Part shown: positions 17,938 to 26,779 of the stretch, piece by piece
Numbering within the stretch: position 1 is the first letter of the stretch
Layout: each line of letters opens with the position of its first letter
Source of the DNA: Candidatus Acidiferrales bacterium
Lineage (GTDB): Bacteria > Acidobacteriota > Terriglobia > Acidiferrales > UBA7541
DNA length: 64,000 nt
Reading direction: 5' to 3'
Assembly: GCA_035603395.1 (NCBI GenBank)
Contig: DATNKM010000063.1
Location: 3,065 to 67,064, forward strand
Position numbers and translations under genes: made by a program
The notes under the pieces: model-generated
Told to the model about the DNA's origin: nothing
The model's input: the letters and a program-made list of their open reading frames with translations, nothing else
The model's database searches: none

Positions 17938-19110
17938 TCAGACCGCCGCACGGGCGAAAATATCCCCACGCGGATTTTCTGGGTCGAGCTTGTCGAGCTC
18001 CTTCATCAAATTTCGAATACGCTCGTCTTCCGGCTTGGGTACTACGATCTGTACTTCCACGATCTGGTCCCCGCGCTTGCCGGCCTGCCTGGCCGAAGGC
18101 GCGCCTTTTTCGCGCAGGCGAAGCTTCTTGCCGCTGTTCGTCGCCGGAGGAATGCGCACTTGCGCGCGGCCGTCGATCGTGGGCACTTCGACTTTTGCGC
18201 CGAGCGACGCCTCGCTGACGGTGATCGGCACGACCGTGTAGAGATCGTCTCCGCGGCGATCGAAGAACGGATGCGGCGCCACTTTTGTGACGATATAGAG
18301 ATCGCCCGGAGGTCCGCCGCCGATTCCCGCATTGCCGCGGCCGGCGACTCGGACACGCGAGCCGGTATAGGCGCCCGGCGGAATGCGCACGTCGAGCGTT
18401 TCCATTTTCTGGACGCGGCCTTCGCCCCCGCAATTGCGGCAGACGGTACGCTGGCGCCCGGTGCCGCCGCAGCGGGCGCAGGTGACCTGAAATCGCATCT
18501 TGCCGCTCACCTGGGTCGTCTGTCCGGTGCCGTTGCACGTGGGGCAGACCTTTTCATCGCCCGGCGCGACGCCCTCGCCGTGGCAGACGCTGCAAGTATC
18601 GAGTCGCGTGAAACTCAGTTTTTTCACCGTGCCGCGCATGGCTTCGGCGAATGTGATGTCGATCTGATATTCGAGGTCGGTGCCGGGCTCGTGCTCGTGT
18701 CCTGCGGATGCGGCAGTGGCCCCGCGGAAAAACTGGCTGAAGAGGTCGCGGAAACTCGCACCGCCTCCGGGGGAGCCTTGTCCGGCCCCGCCGCCAAAAT
18801 CGAAGCCGCCGAAATCGAAATGAATATCTTCGGGAGAAACGCCGCCATAGCCGCCCTGAGGGGGCATTCCGCCCTGGCCCGGCACGTTGAACCCGAACTG
18901 GTCGTACATCTGGCGCTTCTTGGTGTCTGAAAGAACTTCGTAGGCTTCCTGGATCTGCTTGAATTTTTCTTCGGCGGATTTGTCGCCGGGATTCAGGTCG
19001 GGGTGATATTTGCGCGCGAGCTTGCGGTAGGCTGCGCGGATGTCCTTCACCGGAGCTTTGCGCGGCACACCCAGCAATTCGTAGTAATCGGTTTTAGTTG
19101 TGGAGGCCAT
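17938..19110 (-). CDS. dnaJ: Molecular chaperone DnaJ
   Basis: J domain ([36 protein letters not shown]), a G/F-rich region, and four CxxCxGxG zinc-finger repeats. Confidence 0.95.
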   Translation of the reverse strand: MASTTKTDYYELLGVPRKAPVKDIRAAYRKLARKYHPDLNPGDKSAEEKFKQIQEAYEVLSDTKKRQMYDQFGFNVPGQGGMPPQGGYGGVSPEDIHFDFGGFDFGGGAGQGSPGGGASFRDLFSQFFRGATAASAGHEHEPGTDLEYQIDITFAEAMRGTVKKLSFTRLDTCSVCHGEGVAPGDEKVCPTCNGTGQTTQVSGKMRFQVTCARCGGTGRQRTVCRNCGGEGRVQKMETLDVRIPPGAYTGSRVRVAGRGNAGIGGGPPGDLYIVTKVAPHPFFDRRGDDLYTVVPITVSEASLGAKVEVPTIDGRAQVRIPPATNSGKKLRLREKGAPSARQAGKRGDQIVEVQIVVPKPEDERIRNLMKELDKLDPENPRGDIFARAAV

Positions 19111-19154
19111 TGAAATTTGCGCCGCCTTTCCGAGGCGGCGTCCTTCTAACGTGC

Positions 19155-19186
19155 GTAGGGGCGTTCGCCGCGGCGAACGCCCCTAC
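19155..19186. repeat. Perfect 32-bp palindrome in the dnaK-dnaJ spacer
   Basis: GTAGGGGCGTTCGCCG|CGGCGAACGCCCCTAC, where each half is the exact reverse complement of the other. Confidence 0.9.
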
Positions 19187-19226
19187 CAGAGAGATCCTTC
19201 GACCCGACACTGTCGGCTCTGGGGAT

Positions 19227-19249
19227 AAAATCCGGCGTTGCCGGATTTT
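19227..19249 (-). terminator. Hairpin abutting the dnaK stop codon (possible attenuator or bidirectional terminator)
   Basis: AAAATCCGGC-GTT-GCCGGATTTT, a perfect 10-bp stem whose A/T ends give U-tracts on both strands. It overlaps the TAA of dnaK. Confidence 0.5.
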
Positions 19250-21197
19250 AGTTCGGGCGCTTGGAATCGTCGACATCGACGAATTCCGCGTCCACCACGT
19301 CGCCGCCCTGCGGTGGCGTGTGGCTTTCGCCCTGCGAGGCGCTGCCTGCATTGCCTCCGGGCGCACCGGCCGCACCTGCTGCGCCGCCCGCCGCCTGCTG
19401 TGCTTTGTACATGGCTTCGCCGATCCGGCTCAGCGCTTTCGTCAAAGCGTCGGACGCTGCGTTCAGCTTTTCGGTGCCGCCTTCCTTCAAGGCCGACTTG
19501 GCCTGCTCGATCGCGGCTTCGGCGGCTTTCACATCCGCTTCGGCCAGCTTGTCGCGGTTCTCGTTGACCAGCTTCTCGCCCTGATAGATCAGGCTGTCGA
19601 GCTTGTTGCGAGCTTCCACTTCCGAGAGGCGCGACTTGTCTTCCGAGGCGTGCTCGTCGGCTTCCTTCTTCATCCGTTCGGCCTCTTCCTTGCTCAGTCC
19701 GGTCGAGGCGGTGATGGTGATCTTCTGTTCCTTCTTTGTGGCCATGTCCTTCGCGGCCACGTTGAGGATGCCGTTGGCATCGATGTCGAAAGTGACCTCG
19801 ATTTGCGGCACGCCTCGCGGAGCCGGAGCGATACCCACCAGGTTGAACTTGCCGAGCGAGCGGTTGCCGCTCGCCACGGGGCGTTCACCCTGCAGAACGT
19901 GGATCGCCACCTCAGGCTGATTGTCCGACGCGGTCGAGAACGTCTCCGACTTGCGGGTCGGGATCGTGGTGTTCCGCGGGATCAGCACGGTCATCACTTC
20001 ACCGAGCGTTTCCACGCCCAGCGAGAGCGGAGTCACGTCGAGCAGCAGGATGTCCTTCACTTCGCCGCCCAGCACGCCGCCTTGAATCGCCGCGCCGACC
20101 GCGACCACTTCATCCGGGTTCACGCCCTTGTGGGGCTCTTTCCCGTTGAAGAGGTTCTTCACGATTTCGACCACGCGGGGAATACGAGTCGAGCCGCCGA
20201 CCAGCACCACTTCGTCGATCTTGTCCGGAGTTAGCTGCGCGTCTGCGAGCGCCTGCTTCACCGGGCCGACCGTGCGCTGGAGCAGGTCTTCCATCAACTG
20301 CTCGAGTTTGGCGCGGGTCAGCTTGGTCTGCATGTGTTTGGGACCGGACGCATCCGCAGTCAGGAACGGGAGATTGATCTCCGTTTCCTGGAGCTGCGAA
20401 AGCTCGATCTTGGCTTTCTCCGCGGCTTCCTTCAGCCGCTGGATGGCCATGCGATCCTTACTGACGTCGATGCCCTGATCGCGCTTGAATTCCGAAATCA
20501 TCCACTCCACGATGCGCTGGTCGATGTCGTCACCGCCCAGGTGCGTGTCGCCGTTGGTGGATTTCACTTCGACCACGCCTTCGCCAACTTCGAGGTCCGA
20601 AATATCGAACGTGCCGCCGCCGAGGTCGTATACCGCGATGGTCTCTTCCTTTTTCTTGTCGAGGCCGTAGGCCAACGCCGCAGCCGTCGGCTCGTTGATA
20701 ATGCGCAGCACTTCGAGGCCGGCGATTTCGCCCGCCTGCTTCGTGGCCTGCCGCTGGCTGTCGTTGAAATACGCGGGGACAGTGATGACCGCCTTGCTCA
20801 CTTTTTCGCCCAGAAAGTCTTCCGCGGCGGCCTTCAGCTTCTGAAGGATCATCGCCGACACTTCCGGCGGGCTGTAGGATTTGCCGGAAATTTCGACGCG
20901 CGCGTCGTCGTGCGGTCCTTTCACCACCCGGTAGGGAACCCGCTTGGCTTCTTCCTGTACTTCGTCATAGCGCCGGCCCATAAAGCGCTTGATCGAATAC
21001 ACCGTGTTCTCGGGATTCGTGATCGCCTGGCGCTTGGCCACCTGCCCGACCAGTCTTTCGCCGGACTTCGTGATAGCCACCACCGACGGCGTGGTGCGCG
21101 CGCCTTCCTGGTTGGGAATTACAACGGGTTCCCCGCCCTGCATGACGGCAACGACCGAATTCGTCGTGCCCAAATCAATGCCGATAATCTTGCTCAT
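19248..21197 (-). CDS. dnaK: Molecular chaperone DnaK (Hsp70)
   Basis: [19 protein letters not shown]..., 649 aa, unmistakably Hsp70. AGGAG lies 9 nt upstream of the ATG. Confidence 0.97.
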   Translation of the reverse strand: MSKIIGIDLGTTNSVVAVMQGGEPVVIPNQEGARTTPSVVAITKSGERLVGQVAKRQAITNPENTVYSIKRFMGRRYDEVQEEAKRVPYRVVKGPHDDARVEISGKSYSPPEVSAMILQKLKAAAEDFLGEKVSKAVITVPAYFNDSQRQATKQAGEIAGLEVLRIINEPTAAALAYGLDKKKEETIAVYDLGGGTFDISDLEVGEGVVEVKSTNGDTHLGGDDIDQRIVEWMISEFKRDQGIDVSKDRMAIQRLKEAAEKAKIELSQLQETEINLPFLTADASGPKHMQTKLTRAKLEQLMEDLLQRTVGPVKQALADAQLTPDKIDEVVLVGGSTRIPRVVEIVKNLFNGKEPHKGVNPDEVVAVGAAIQGGVLGGEVKDILLLDVTPLSLGVETLGEVMTVLIPRNTTIPTRKSETFSTASDNQPEVAIHVLQGERPVASGNRSLGKFNLVGIAPAPRGVPQIEVTFDIDANGILNVAAKDMATKKEQKITITASTGLSKEEAERMKKEADEHASEDKSRLSEVEARNKLDSLIYQGEKLVNENRDKLAEADVKAAEAAIEQAKSALKEGGTEKLNAASDALTKALSRIGEAMYKAQQAAGGAAGAAGAPGGNAGSASQGESHTPPQGGDVVDAEFVDVDDSKRPN

Positions 21198-21250
21198 GGA
21201 GTCTGCTCCTGTTCGCGTCCGCCCGGCTCAGGTCCGGTTGAAACACGCCC

Positions 21251-21280
21251 ATCATACACATTGAGCCGAGTATTGTCAAG
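21251..21280 (-). promoter_or_regulatory. sigma70-type dnaK promoter overlapped by a HAIR-like (HspR operator) inverted repeat
   Basis: The minus strand reads TTGACA (21279-21274), a 17-nt spacer, then TATGAT (21256-21251). CTTGACA-ATACTCG-GCTCAAT (21280-21260) matches 10 of the 14 specified positions of the HAIR consensus CTTGAGT-N7-ACTCAAG. Confidence 0.6.
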
Positions 21281-21618
21281 TTTCCTGTGTGTCTGTATTC
21301 CTATGCGATGCTGATACTTACAAGCGTTTTGTGGCGAATAGCTGCTATCATCGCCTCGAGTGCCTCCAATTGGGGCTTTTCCCGGCCGTCGATCGTCTCT
21401 TTGCGGCGAACCATGCTCCGGGCCGGCGCATCCTAACCGTCATCGCCGGAAATCGTGCGGCAGGGAACAGGCGGCTGCCGCCGAACGAATTCGCGTTACA
21501 ATGGGGCCGCGATTTTTGATCCGAGCGTGGGGAGGCGGAATTGGCTTATCGATCCGGTGAATTGGGCGCGAACGAGTCGCGCCGGAGCGCTGCGGAGACA
21601 GCTGCAGGGAGGGGGAAT

Positions 21619-22422
21619 GTGTACCGTTTTCTGCTCGTGTGGGTGTTCGCTCTAGTGGCCAGCTTCTCGGCGAGCATGACGGCTGGCGCACAGCCCCCGA
21701 CCGGGCCCGCGCAGTCGAGTGCGGCGCCGCTAACATCGGGCGCGAAATCGGCTACGCCGGTGAACCCGGGGACTTCTACGGCCAAACCGATCGCGAGACC
21801 GGCTCAGGTGCTCGGCGCGCCGGTGAAAACGTACGGATCGAGCAGCGCTCCGATCACCATGGAAGTCTTCACGGACTATGAATGTCCCACGTGCAAACGA
21901 TTGTTCGAAGAGACGCTGCGCCCAATGATTTCCGACTACGTGGCGGCCGGCAAGGTCTACCTGGTTCATCACGATTTTCCACTGCCGATGCACAAGTACG
22001 GATATGAAGCGGCGCGGTGGCTGAACGCGTCGGCCCGCGTGGGCCAGTTCCAGAACGTGGAGGCGGCGCTGTATGACCATCAAGAATCCTGGGCGGCCGA
22101 TGGCGACATCGGAAAGTATGTGGCCGGAGCGATGTCCCCAACCGAGTTCAAGAAGGTCGAGACGCAAATGCGCGGCTGCGGGCTTGGCGCGCCGGCGGCG
22201 GTAAAATCGGCGAGCTTCGCCCTGGGAAGCCAATCCGGTTCCGGGGATGCCTGCGCGGTCGATTCCTATATCGAGGCGGATCGAGCGCTCGGCAATCAAA
22301 TTCCTGTTACCGGCACGCCGACGTACGTGATCAGCTACAAGGGTCACAGGTTGCCGGCCGGCTCGGGTGTTGTCAGCTGGCCGATCCTGAAACAATTTTT
22401 CGATTCGTTGCTGAGCCAGTAG
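21619..22422 (+). CDS. DsbA-family thioredoxin-like protein (secreted)
   Basis: FTDYECPTCKRLFEETLRPMISDYVAAGKVYLVHHDFPL (CxxC). I place the start at GTG 21619, after GGGAGGGGG, giving the signal peptide VYRFLLVWVFALVASFSASMTAGA. The track start is TTG 21541. Confidence 0.75.
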   Translation: MYRFLLVWVFALVASFSASMTAGAQPPTGPAQSSAAPLTSGAKSATPVNPGTSTAKPIARPAQVLGAPVKTYGSSSAPITMEVFTDYECPTCKRLFEETLRPMISDYVAAGKVYLVHHDFPLPMHKYGYEAARWLNASARVGQFQNVEAALYDHQESWAADGDIGKYVAGAMSPTEFKKVETQMRGCGLGAPAAVKSASFALGSQSGSGDACAVDSYIEADRALGNQIPVTGTPTYVISYKGHRLPAGSGVVSWPILKQFFDSLLSQ

Positions 22423-22444
22423 CTCCGCGGCGCAAATATCCCAA

Positions 22445-22978
22445 ATGAGCAACGATACACGACGCAGACTCGGGCGAATTGTGGTGATCGTCGCGCGCGT
22501 GGCGCTGGCGGCGATTTTTCTGTTCGCGGCTTATGCGAAGATGAAGCCGCAGCCTGGAATGCCGTGGACGCCGGGTTCCGTGCGCACGTCGCTTTCGATG
22601 TTCGCGATCGGCGTGGATTCCTACGAGATGCTGCCGCCGTGGGCGGTGAGCCCTTTCGCGCATTTCCTGCCTCCGTTTGAGCTCTTTCTGGGGCTGTGGC
22701 TGCTGAGCGGATATGGCATGCGATTTTCAGGGTTGGTGTCGACAGCGCTGATCTGCGCATTCATTCTGGCGATGTATTCAGCTTACCGGCGCGGGCTAAC
22801 CATCAGCTGCGGATGTTTCGGCCAAGGCGCTCAAATCGGAATCATGGAGTTGATTCGCGATGGCTTGCTATTCCTGCCGCTCGCGCTGATCGTCACGATC
22901 GGCGGTTTCGTGACCAAGCGAAATCGAACCGGTTCAACCCTGCCGCAATCCTCCGCCTCCGTCAGCCACGCGGATTAA
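22445..22978 (+). CDS. MauE/DoxX-family membrane protein
   Basis: Four predicted TM segments, N-terminus RVALAAIFLFAAYAKM, and a CGC motif (ISCGCFGQGAQIG). It starts 22 nt after the DsbA-like gene. Confidence 0.65.
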   Translation: MSNDTRRRLGRIVVIVARVALAAIFLFAAYAKMKPQPGMPWTPGSVRTSLSMFAIGVDSYEMLPPWAVSPFAHFLPPFELFLGLWLLSGYGMRFSGLVSTALICAFILAMYSAYRRGLTISCGCFGQGAQIGIMELIRDGLLFLPLALIVTIGGFVTKRNRTGSTLPQSSASVSHAD

Positions 22979-23985
22979 TTTTTCGTTTCTCCCGACGGGA
23001 GTCTTCGCAGATATTCACCCAGGTGACGACTGAATTCCTGCGCGCCCGCGTAGGTGAGGTGCAAAGGATCCTCGAAAGAATTTTCATCGGGCATCCAGTG
23101 GCTGGCGTCAACGTACTGGGCGCCGATTCCGCCGAGCATTTCTCGGAGATGCGCGCGATATCCCGCCGACCATTGCGGCTGGTCGTAAAACAGGTGCACG
23201 TGATCGGGCGGCATGGGCATTTCGACGAAATAGACATTCGCGCCGGCCGCTTCTGCTTGCAGTGCGATTTCGCGGATCGACGGAATCAGCGGATTGCGCC
23301 TAGCGCGCCCGCATTCGGCGATGAACTCCGACGCGCTGGGATATTCCAGCATCGCGAAATCGACTGAGCGGCCCATCGAATTGGATTTTTCCGGAGGCAT
23401 GCCCTGCTGTGCCAGGGCACGGCGAAACAGTTCGACGCGCTCCCAGACTGTGCCGCGGTCCTCGAACAGTTCAAAGTGGCGCATGATTTCGAACTCCGCG
23501 CGATCGTGCGGGGAAAGATGGTAGTAGCGGCGCGCATACTCCGGCTCCATGTAATAAAGCATTGCGCGATTCCCGATCAGGTCGCGCGTCGAGTATTCGA
23601 GCGGATGCGTGAGCGTGAAATCGAAGAAGCCGAAGATGACCGTGCGCGGGCGCAGTCCCTGCTCGAGGGCGTAACGCAGCATCAGCAGCTGCTCGACGCC
23701 GCTGGATCCTCCCATCGCGAGGTTGATCGAACCCGGCAGTTTGCCGACGCCCATGCCCGCGTCGAACGATGGCTCGTTGAAGCCCACGCCGATCAGGGAA
23801 TTGCCAAGGGCGATGGCTTGCGCGCCTCTGGATTGGCGCACTCGTCCCATCGTCCAGCGGGGAATCGTGTTCCGCGACAGCCGCGCGACCTCGCGATCCA
23901 GCGCCGCCAGCATCAGCACGATTCCCGCAAGGGCAAGAATAAAAATGCGCTTCGGTGCGTCCAATATTCCGACCTTTGAGCTCAA
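22975..23985 (-). CDS. Membrane-anchored SGNH/DltD-like acyltransferase or esterase (hypothetical)
   Basis: N-terminal TM (RIFILALAGIVLMLAAL), an ALGNSLIGVGF segment (GxS block), and a C-terminal EDPLHLTYAG (DxxH block). TTG start at 23985, with AGAGGA 10 nt upstream. It starts 15 nt after the small ORF's stop. Confidence 0.5.
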   Translation of the reverse strand: MSSKVGILDAPKRIFILALAGIVLMLAALDREVARLSRNTIPRWTMGRVRQSRGAQAIALGNSLIGVGFNEPSFDAGMGVGKLPGSINLAMGGSSGVEQLLMLRYALEQGLRPRTVIFGFFDFTLTHPLEYSTRDLIGNRAMLYYMEPEYARRYYHLSPHDRAEFEIMRHFELFEDRGTVWERVELFRRALAQQGMPPEKSNSMGRSVDFAMLEYPSASEFIAECGRARRNPLIPSIREIALQAEAAGANVYFVEMPMPPDHVHLFYDQPQWSAGYRAHLREMLGGIGAQYVDASHWMPDENSFEDPLHLTYAGAQEFSRHLGEYLRRLPSGETKN

Positions 23986-24000
23986 AGCCCTTTTTCCTCT

Positions 24001-24186
24001 TCAGAAATCGATGTAGATGAACTTTGAGCTCTGGCCCGAGAAAACGTAGATCGCGAGCGCCAACGCTGCCCACCAGATCGCCCAAAACCACCAATGCTCC
24101 ACGCGAATCCCAAAACCAGGAGGCGGGTCGTCCTGCGCTCCGCCCATGTAGTCGAAAGCATGCTTCAGCCAGTCGAGAATGGTCAT
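24001..24186 (-). CDS. Small single-pass membrane protein ending in FIYIDF (DltX-like candidate)
   Basis: MTILDWLKHAFDYMGGAQDDPPPGFGIRVEHWWFWAIWWAALALAIYVFSGQSSKFIYIDF. The ATG at 24186 lies 4 nt after the MBOAT stop (the alternative TTG at 24198 overlaps it). There is one TM helix and a short tail carrying the terminal F-x-Y-x-x-F motif. Confidence 0.55.
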   Translation of the reverse strand: MTILDWLKHAFDYMGGAQDDPPPGFGIRVEHWWFWAIWWAALALAIYVFSGQSSKFIYIDF

Positions 24187-24190
24187 CGCA

Positions 24191-25375
24191 TTAGCCAATC
24201 AGAAGTCTCCGGAAAAAATAAAGCGCCGTGTGGACGTCCATGCAAAAAAACGCCCAGGCGAAATTTACGGCCACGTAGGTGAGCAACCACGATCCAAGCT
24301 GCGACCACAGCGGCGGCCGTGCGTCCGGGTCCAGAGGACGAATCTGCCGCCACATGCGCCGTACGACGAGCATCACACCGTGCAACAGTCCCCACACGAT
24401 GAAATTGACGCCCGCGCCGTGCCAGATGCCGCTGACGAACATCGTCACCAGAATATTTGCGTACACCTGGCCGGCGGCGCGCCGCGATCCGCCCAACGGA
24501 ATATAGATGTAGTCGATCAGCCAGCTGGTGAGCGACATGTGCCAGTGCCGCCAGAATTCCGTGATGTTGGTGCGCAGATACGGCCAGTCGAAATTTTCCG
24601 GCACGCGAATGCCGAACAGCCGCGCCGAACCGATGGCGATGTCGGAGTAAGCCGAAAAATCAGCGTAGATCTTGATGCCGTAGGCGAAAAGCCAGAGCAG
24701 CAGGATTGGGCGATACGCGCGGCTGATGTCCGCTGAGTTCAGGTGGCTGGTGTAGGCCGTGAGGACATCGGCGATCGCGAATTTTTTGACCAAGCCGGTG
24801 AGAATGCGCGTGACGCCGCGCTGCCAGTCGATCACCCATGCGCGGGAAATGCCGCGGAGCTTCGGCAGGAAGTCCTGGTATCGCTTGATCGGCCCGGCGA
24901 CCATGGTGGGAAAAAACAAAATGAACGCGAGGTACTCGGTGGCCGTGCCTTCCTCGGTTTTGTTCTTGTATCGATCCACCGCATAGTGAACGAATTCGAA
25001 GGTGAAAAACGATATCCCCAGCGGCAGAAATGCGTTTCGCCAATAGAGAGGGTTGTGCGCCGCGTCGTGCCAGACAAGGCCGGTAAGAAAGTTTCGGTAT
25101 TTGAAGAGGACCAGAAACACCACCGTCTGCGTGACTCCGAACCAGCACACCCACGACGCCGGCTTGTAGAAGCGGCTGACGAAAGATTCCCACAGGAAAA
25201 TAGCGAGGCAGGCGGCTCCGGCGATGCCTCCGAATTGCGTGTACGAGAAATAAGTGAAGAACAGGCCGCCACTCAGGAACATCACCCACGGCCGGCGCTC
25301 CGGGCTTGCGGCGCGGCAAAGTATGGCGCTCGGGATCAGGAAGAAGAGGTAGTAGTCCCAGCTGTTGAAGATCAT
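24191..25375 (-). CDS. MBOAT-family membrane-bound O-acyltransferase (AlgI/DltB-like)
   Basis: 394 aa, polytopic, with RHWHMSLTSWLIDYIYIPLGGSR and FVSGIWHGAG (the conserved MBOAT His region). Confidence 0.85.
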   Translation of the reverse strand: MIFNSWDYYLFFLIPSAILCRAASPERRPWVMFLSGGLFFTYFSYTQFGGIAGAACLAIFLWESFVSRFYKPASWVCWFGVTQTVVFLVLFKYRNFLTGLVWHDAAHNPLYWRNAFLPLGISFFTFEFVHYAVDRYKNKTEEGTATEYLAFILFFPTMVAGPIKRYQDFLPKLRGISRAWVIDWQRGVTRILTGLVKKFAIADVLTAYTSHLNSADISRAYRPILLLWLFAYGIKIYADFSAYSDIAIGSARLFGIRVPENFDWPYLRTNITEFWRHWHMSLTSWLIDYIYIPLGGSRRAAGQVYANILVTMFVSGIWHGAGVNFIVWGLLHGVMLVVRRMWRQIRPLDPDARPPLWSQLGSWLLTYVAVNFAWAFFCMDVHTALYFFRRLLIG

Positions 25376-25554
25376 GCGCCGCCGGTGAAGAGGAATCGAC
25401 TCTAGCTGACAATCGAGGTCAATACAATCAGGGGAGATCGGTAGGTGCTAACAGCCGAAAAAGCAAAGCACCCGATTAGAGAATCCACAGAGTCGGAGCA
25501 GACATCGCGAAGGAAGCAAGATCGAAGGACGGGGCCGAGAAAACCAGGGGGAAA

Positions 25555-26493
25555 TTAGTCGCCGTTTACGGTGGGGGCCGCGGCGCTGGCTATTTTGTCG
25601 GCGGGAGTCGGGTTAACGTTCCGTAGGTAGCGCCAGGGATTTACCGGCGTATTGTAGATGCGGACTTCGTAGTGAACGTGCGGCCCGGTTGCGCGGCCGC
25701 TGTTGCCTTCGTAGCCGATCACATCGCCCGACTTCACATGCATGCCGCTCTGCACGTTGAAGCCGGAAAGATGTCCGTACCAGGTGGTCACGCCAAATCC
25801 GTGGTCGATCACGATCAGGCGGCCATAACCGGCGCGCTCGTCAACTTCCTCGATCACACCGTCGGCGGTGGCGCGTACCGCGTCGCCATAGTGCGAAGCA
25901 ATATCGAGACCGGCGTGGAACGCGCCTTCACCCGAGAACGGGTCAAGCCGCTCGCCAAAATGACCGGTAATCTGCCCAACCACGGGCCAGAGCGAAGGAA
26001 TAATCCCGAGCGTGCTCAGCTGAGCCGCGGGAAGCAGCCGCATGCCGCTGCCGGACATGGACACGGCGGTCACGTTTTTCTGCAAATAGCTGAACTCGTC
26101 GACTGAATTCTGGAACGCGGCGCCGTCGTCGGCCACGGGAGCGGAGTCGGTCAAGCCGAAGGGAGTCTGCCGGAAACGGTTGATGCCGTAGGCCATGGCG
26201 ACTTCGCCGGCCAGCGACTGCAACGAATTCAAGCGCTGATTGGTGTCCTTCACCTGCGTCTGCAGCTGCACGTACTGCTGCTTCAGGTTGTCCTGTTCGC
26301 GACGCAGAGAATTGTAACTCGTGGCTTTCCAGAGCATGCGGGAGTAGGATCCCATTCCTGCGGCGACGGTGATACCACCGACAACTGCAAGCACCGCCAC
26401 CAGATGCAGGACGTACCAGGGCAGGCGCACCCGTCGCATTCCGCCGGTGGCGTTGGAAGCAATAAAAAACGTGTAAGAAGGCTTGCCCTTCAT
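25555..26493 (-). CDS. M23-family metallopeptidase
   Basis: N-terminal TM, a coiled-coil region, then HAGLDIA...GYGRLIVIDHGFGVTTWYGHLS...GNSGRATGPHVHYEVR (HxxxD and HxH motifs). Confidence 0.85.
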   Translation of the reverse strand: MKGKPSYTFFIASNATGGMRRVRLPWYVLHLVAVLAVVGGITVAAGMGSYSRMLWKATSYNSLRREQDNLKQQYVQLQTQVKDTNQRLNSLQSLAGEVAMAYGINRFRQTPFGLTDSAPVADDGAAFQNSVDEFSYLQKNVTAVSMSGSGMRLLPAAQLSTLGIIPSLWPVVGQITGHFGERLDPFSGEGAFHAGLDIASHYGDAVRATADGVIEEVDERAGYGRLIVIDHGFGVTTWYGHLSGFNVQSGMHVKSGDVIGYEGNSGRATGPHVHYEVRIYNTPVNPWRYLRNVNPTPADKIASAAAPTVNGD

Positions 26494-26779
26494 CGTTTTT
26501 CTTCCGCTCTGTGCTTACTTACTTCGGCCGTCCAACCGTCCGCGCCTTGAAACGATTGGCCGTATTCCTCAGAATCCTGCGATCATGAGTCTGAACCGAG
26601 AGCCCTGGTCCGAAACCCGCCGATTGTAGCCACCGTCGCCGGTGGCGTCAACCGTTGATCCGACGTTTTCCACAGGCTGCCGGCCTTGGGGTTCTGGCCG
26701 GGCGCTCTGGACTGCGAGCCGCCTAACGATTACTTTACCCTATTGGCGGAACGCTTCACAACTGTACGGAAGGACAGGT

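Noticed and set aside
17878-21314. Long plus-strand ORFs (350, 378 and 326 aa) across dnaJ and dnaK
   Set aside because: They are antisense shadows of highly conserved chaperone genes, with no motifs and Arg/Ala/Gly-dominated composition.
26494-26779. Possible TPP riboswitch upstream of thiL
   Set aside because: I could not find the conserved CUGAGA and ACCUGAUCUGGAUAAUGCCAGCG-like cores. The CTGAACCGAGAG string is only a superficial resemblance.
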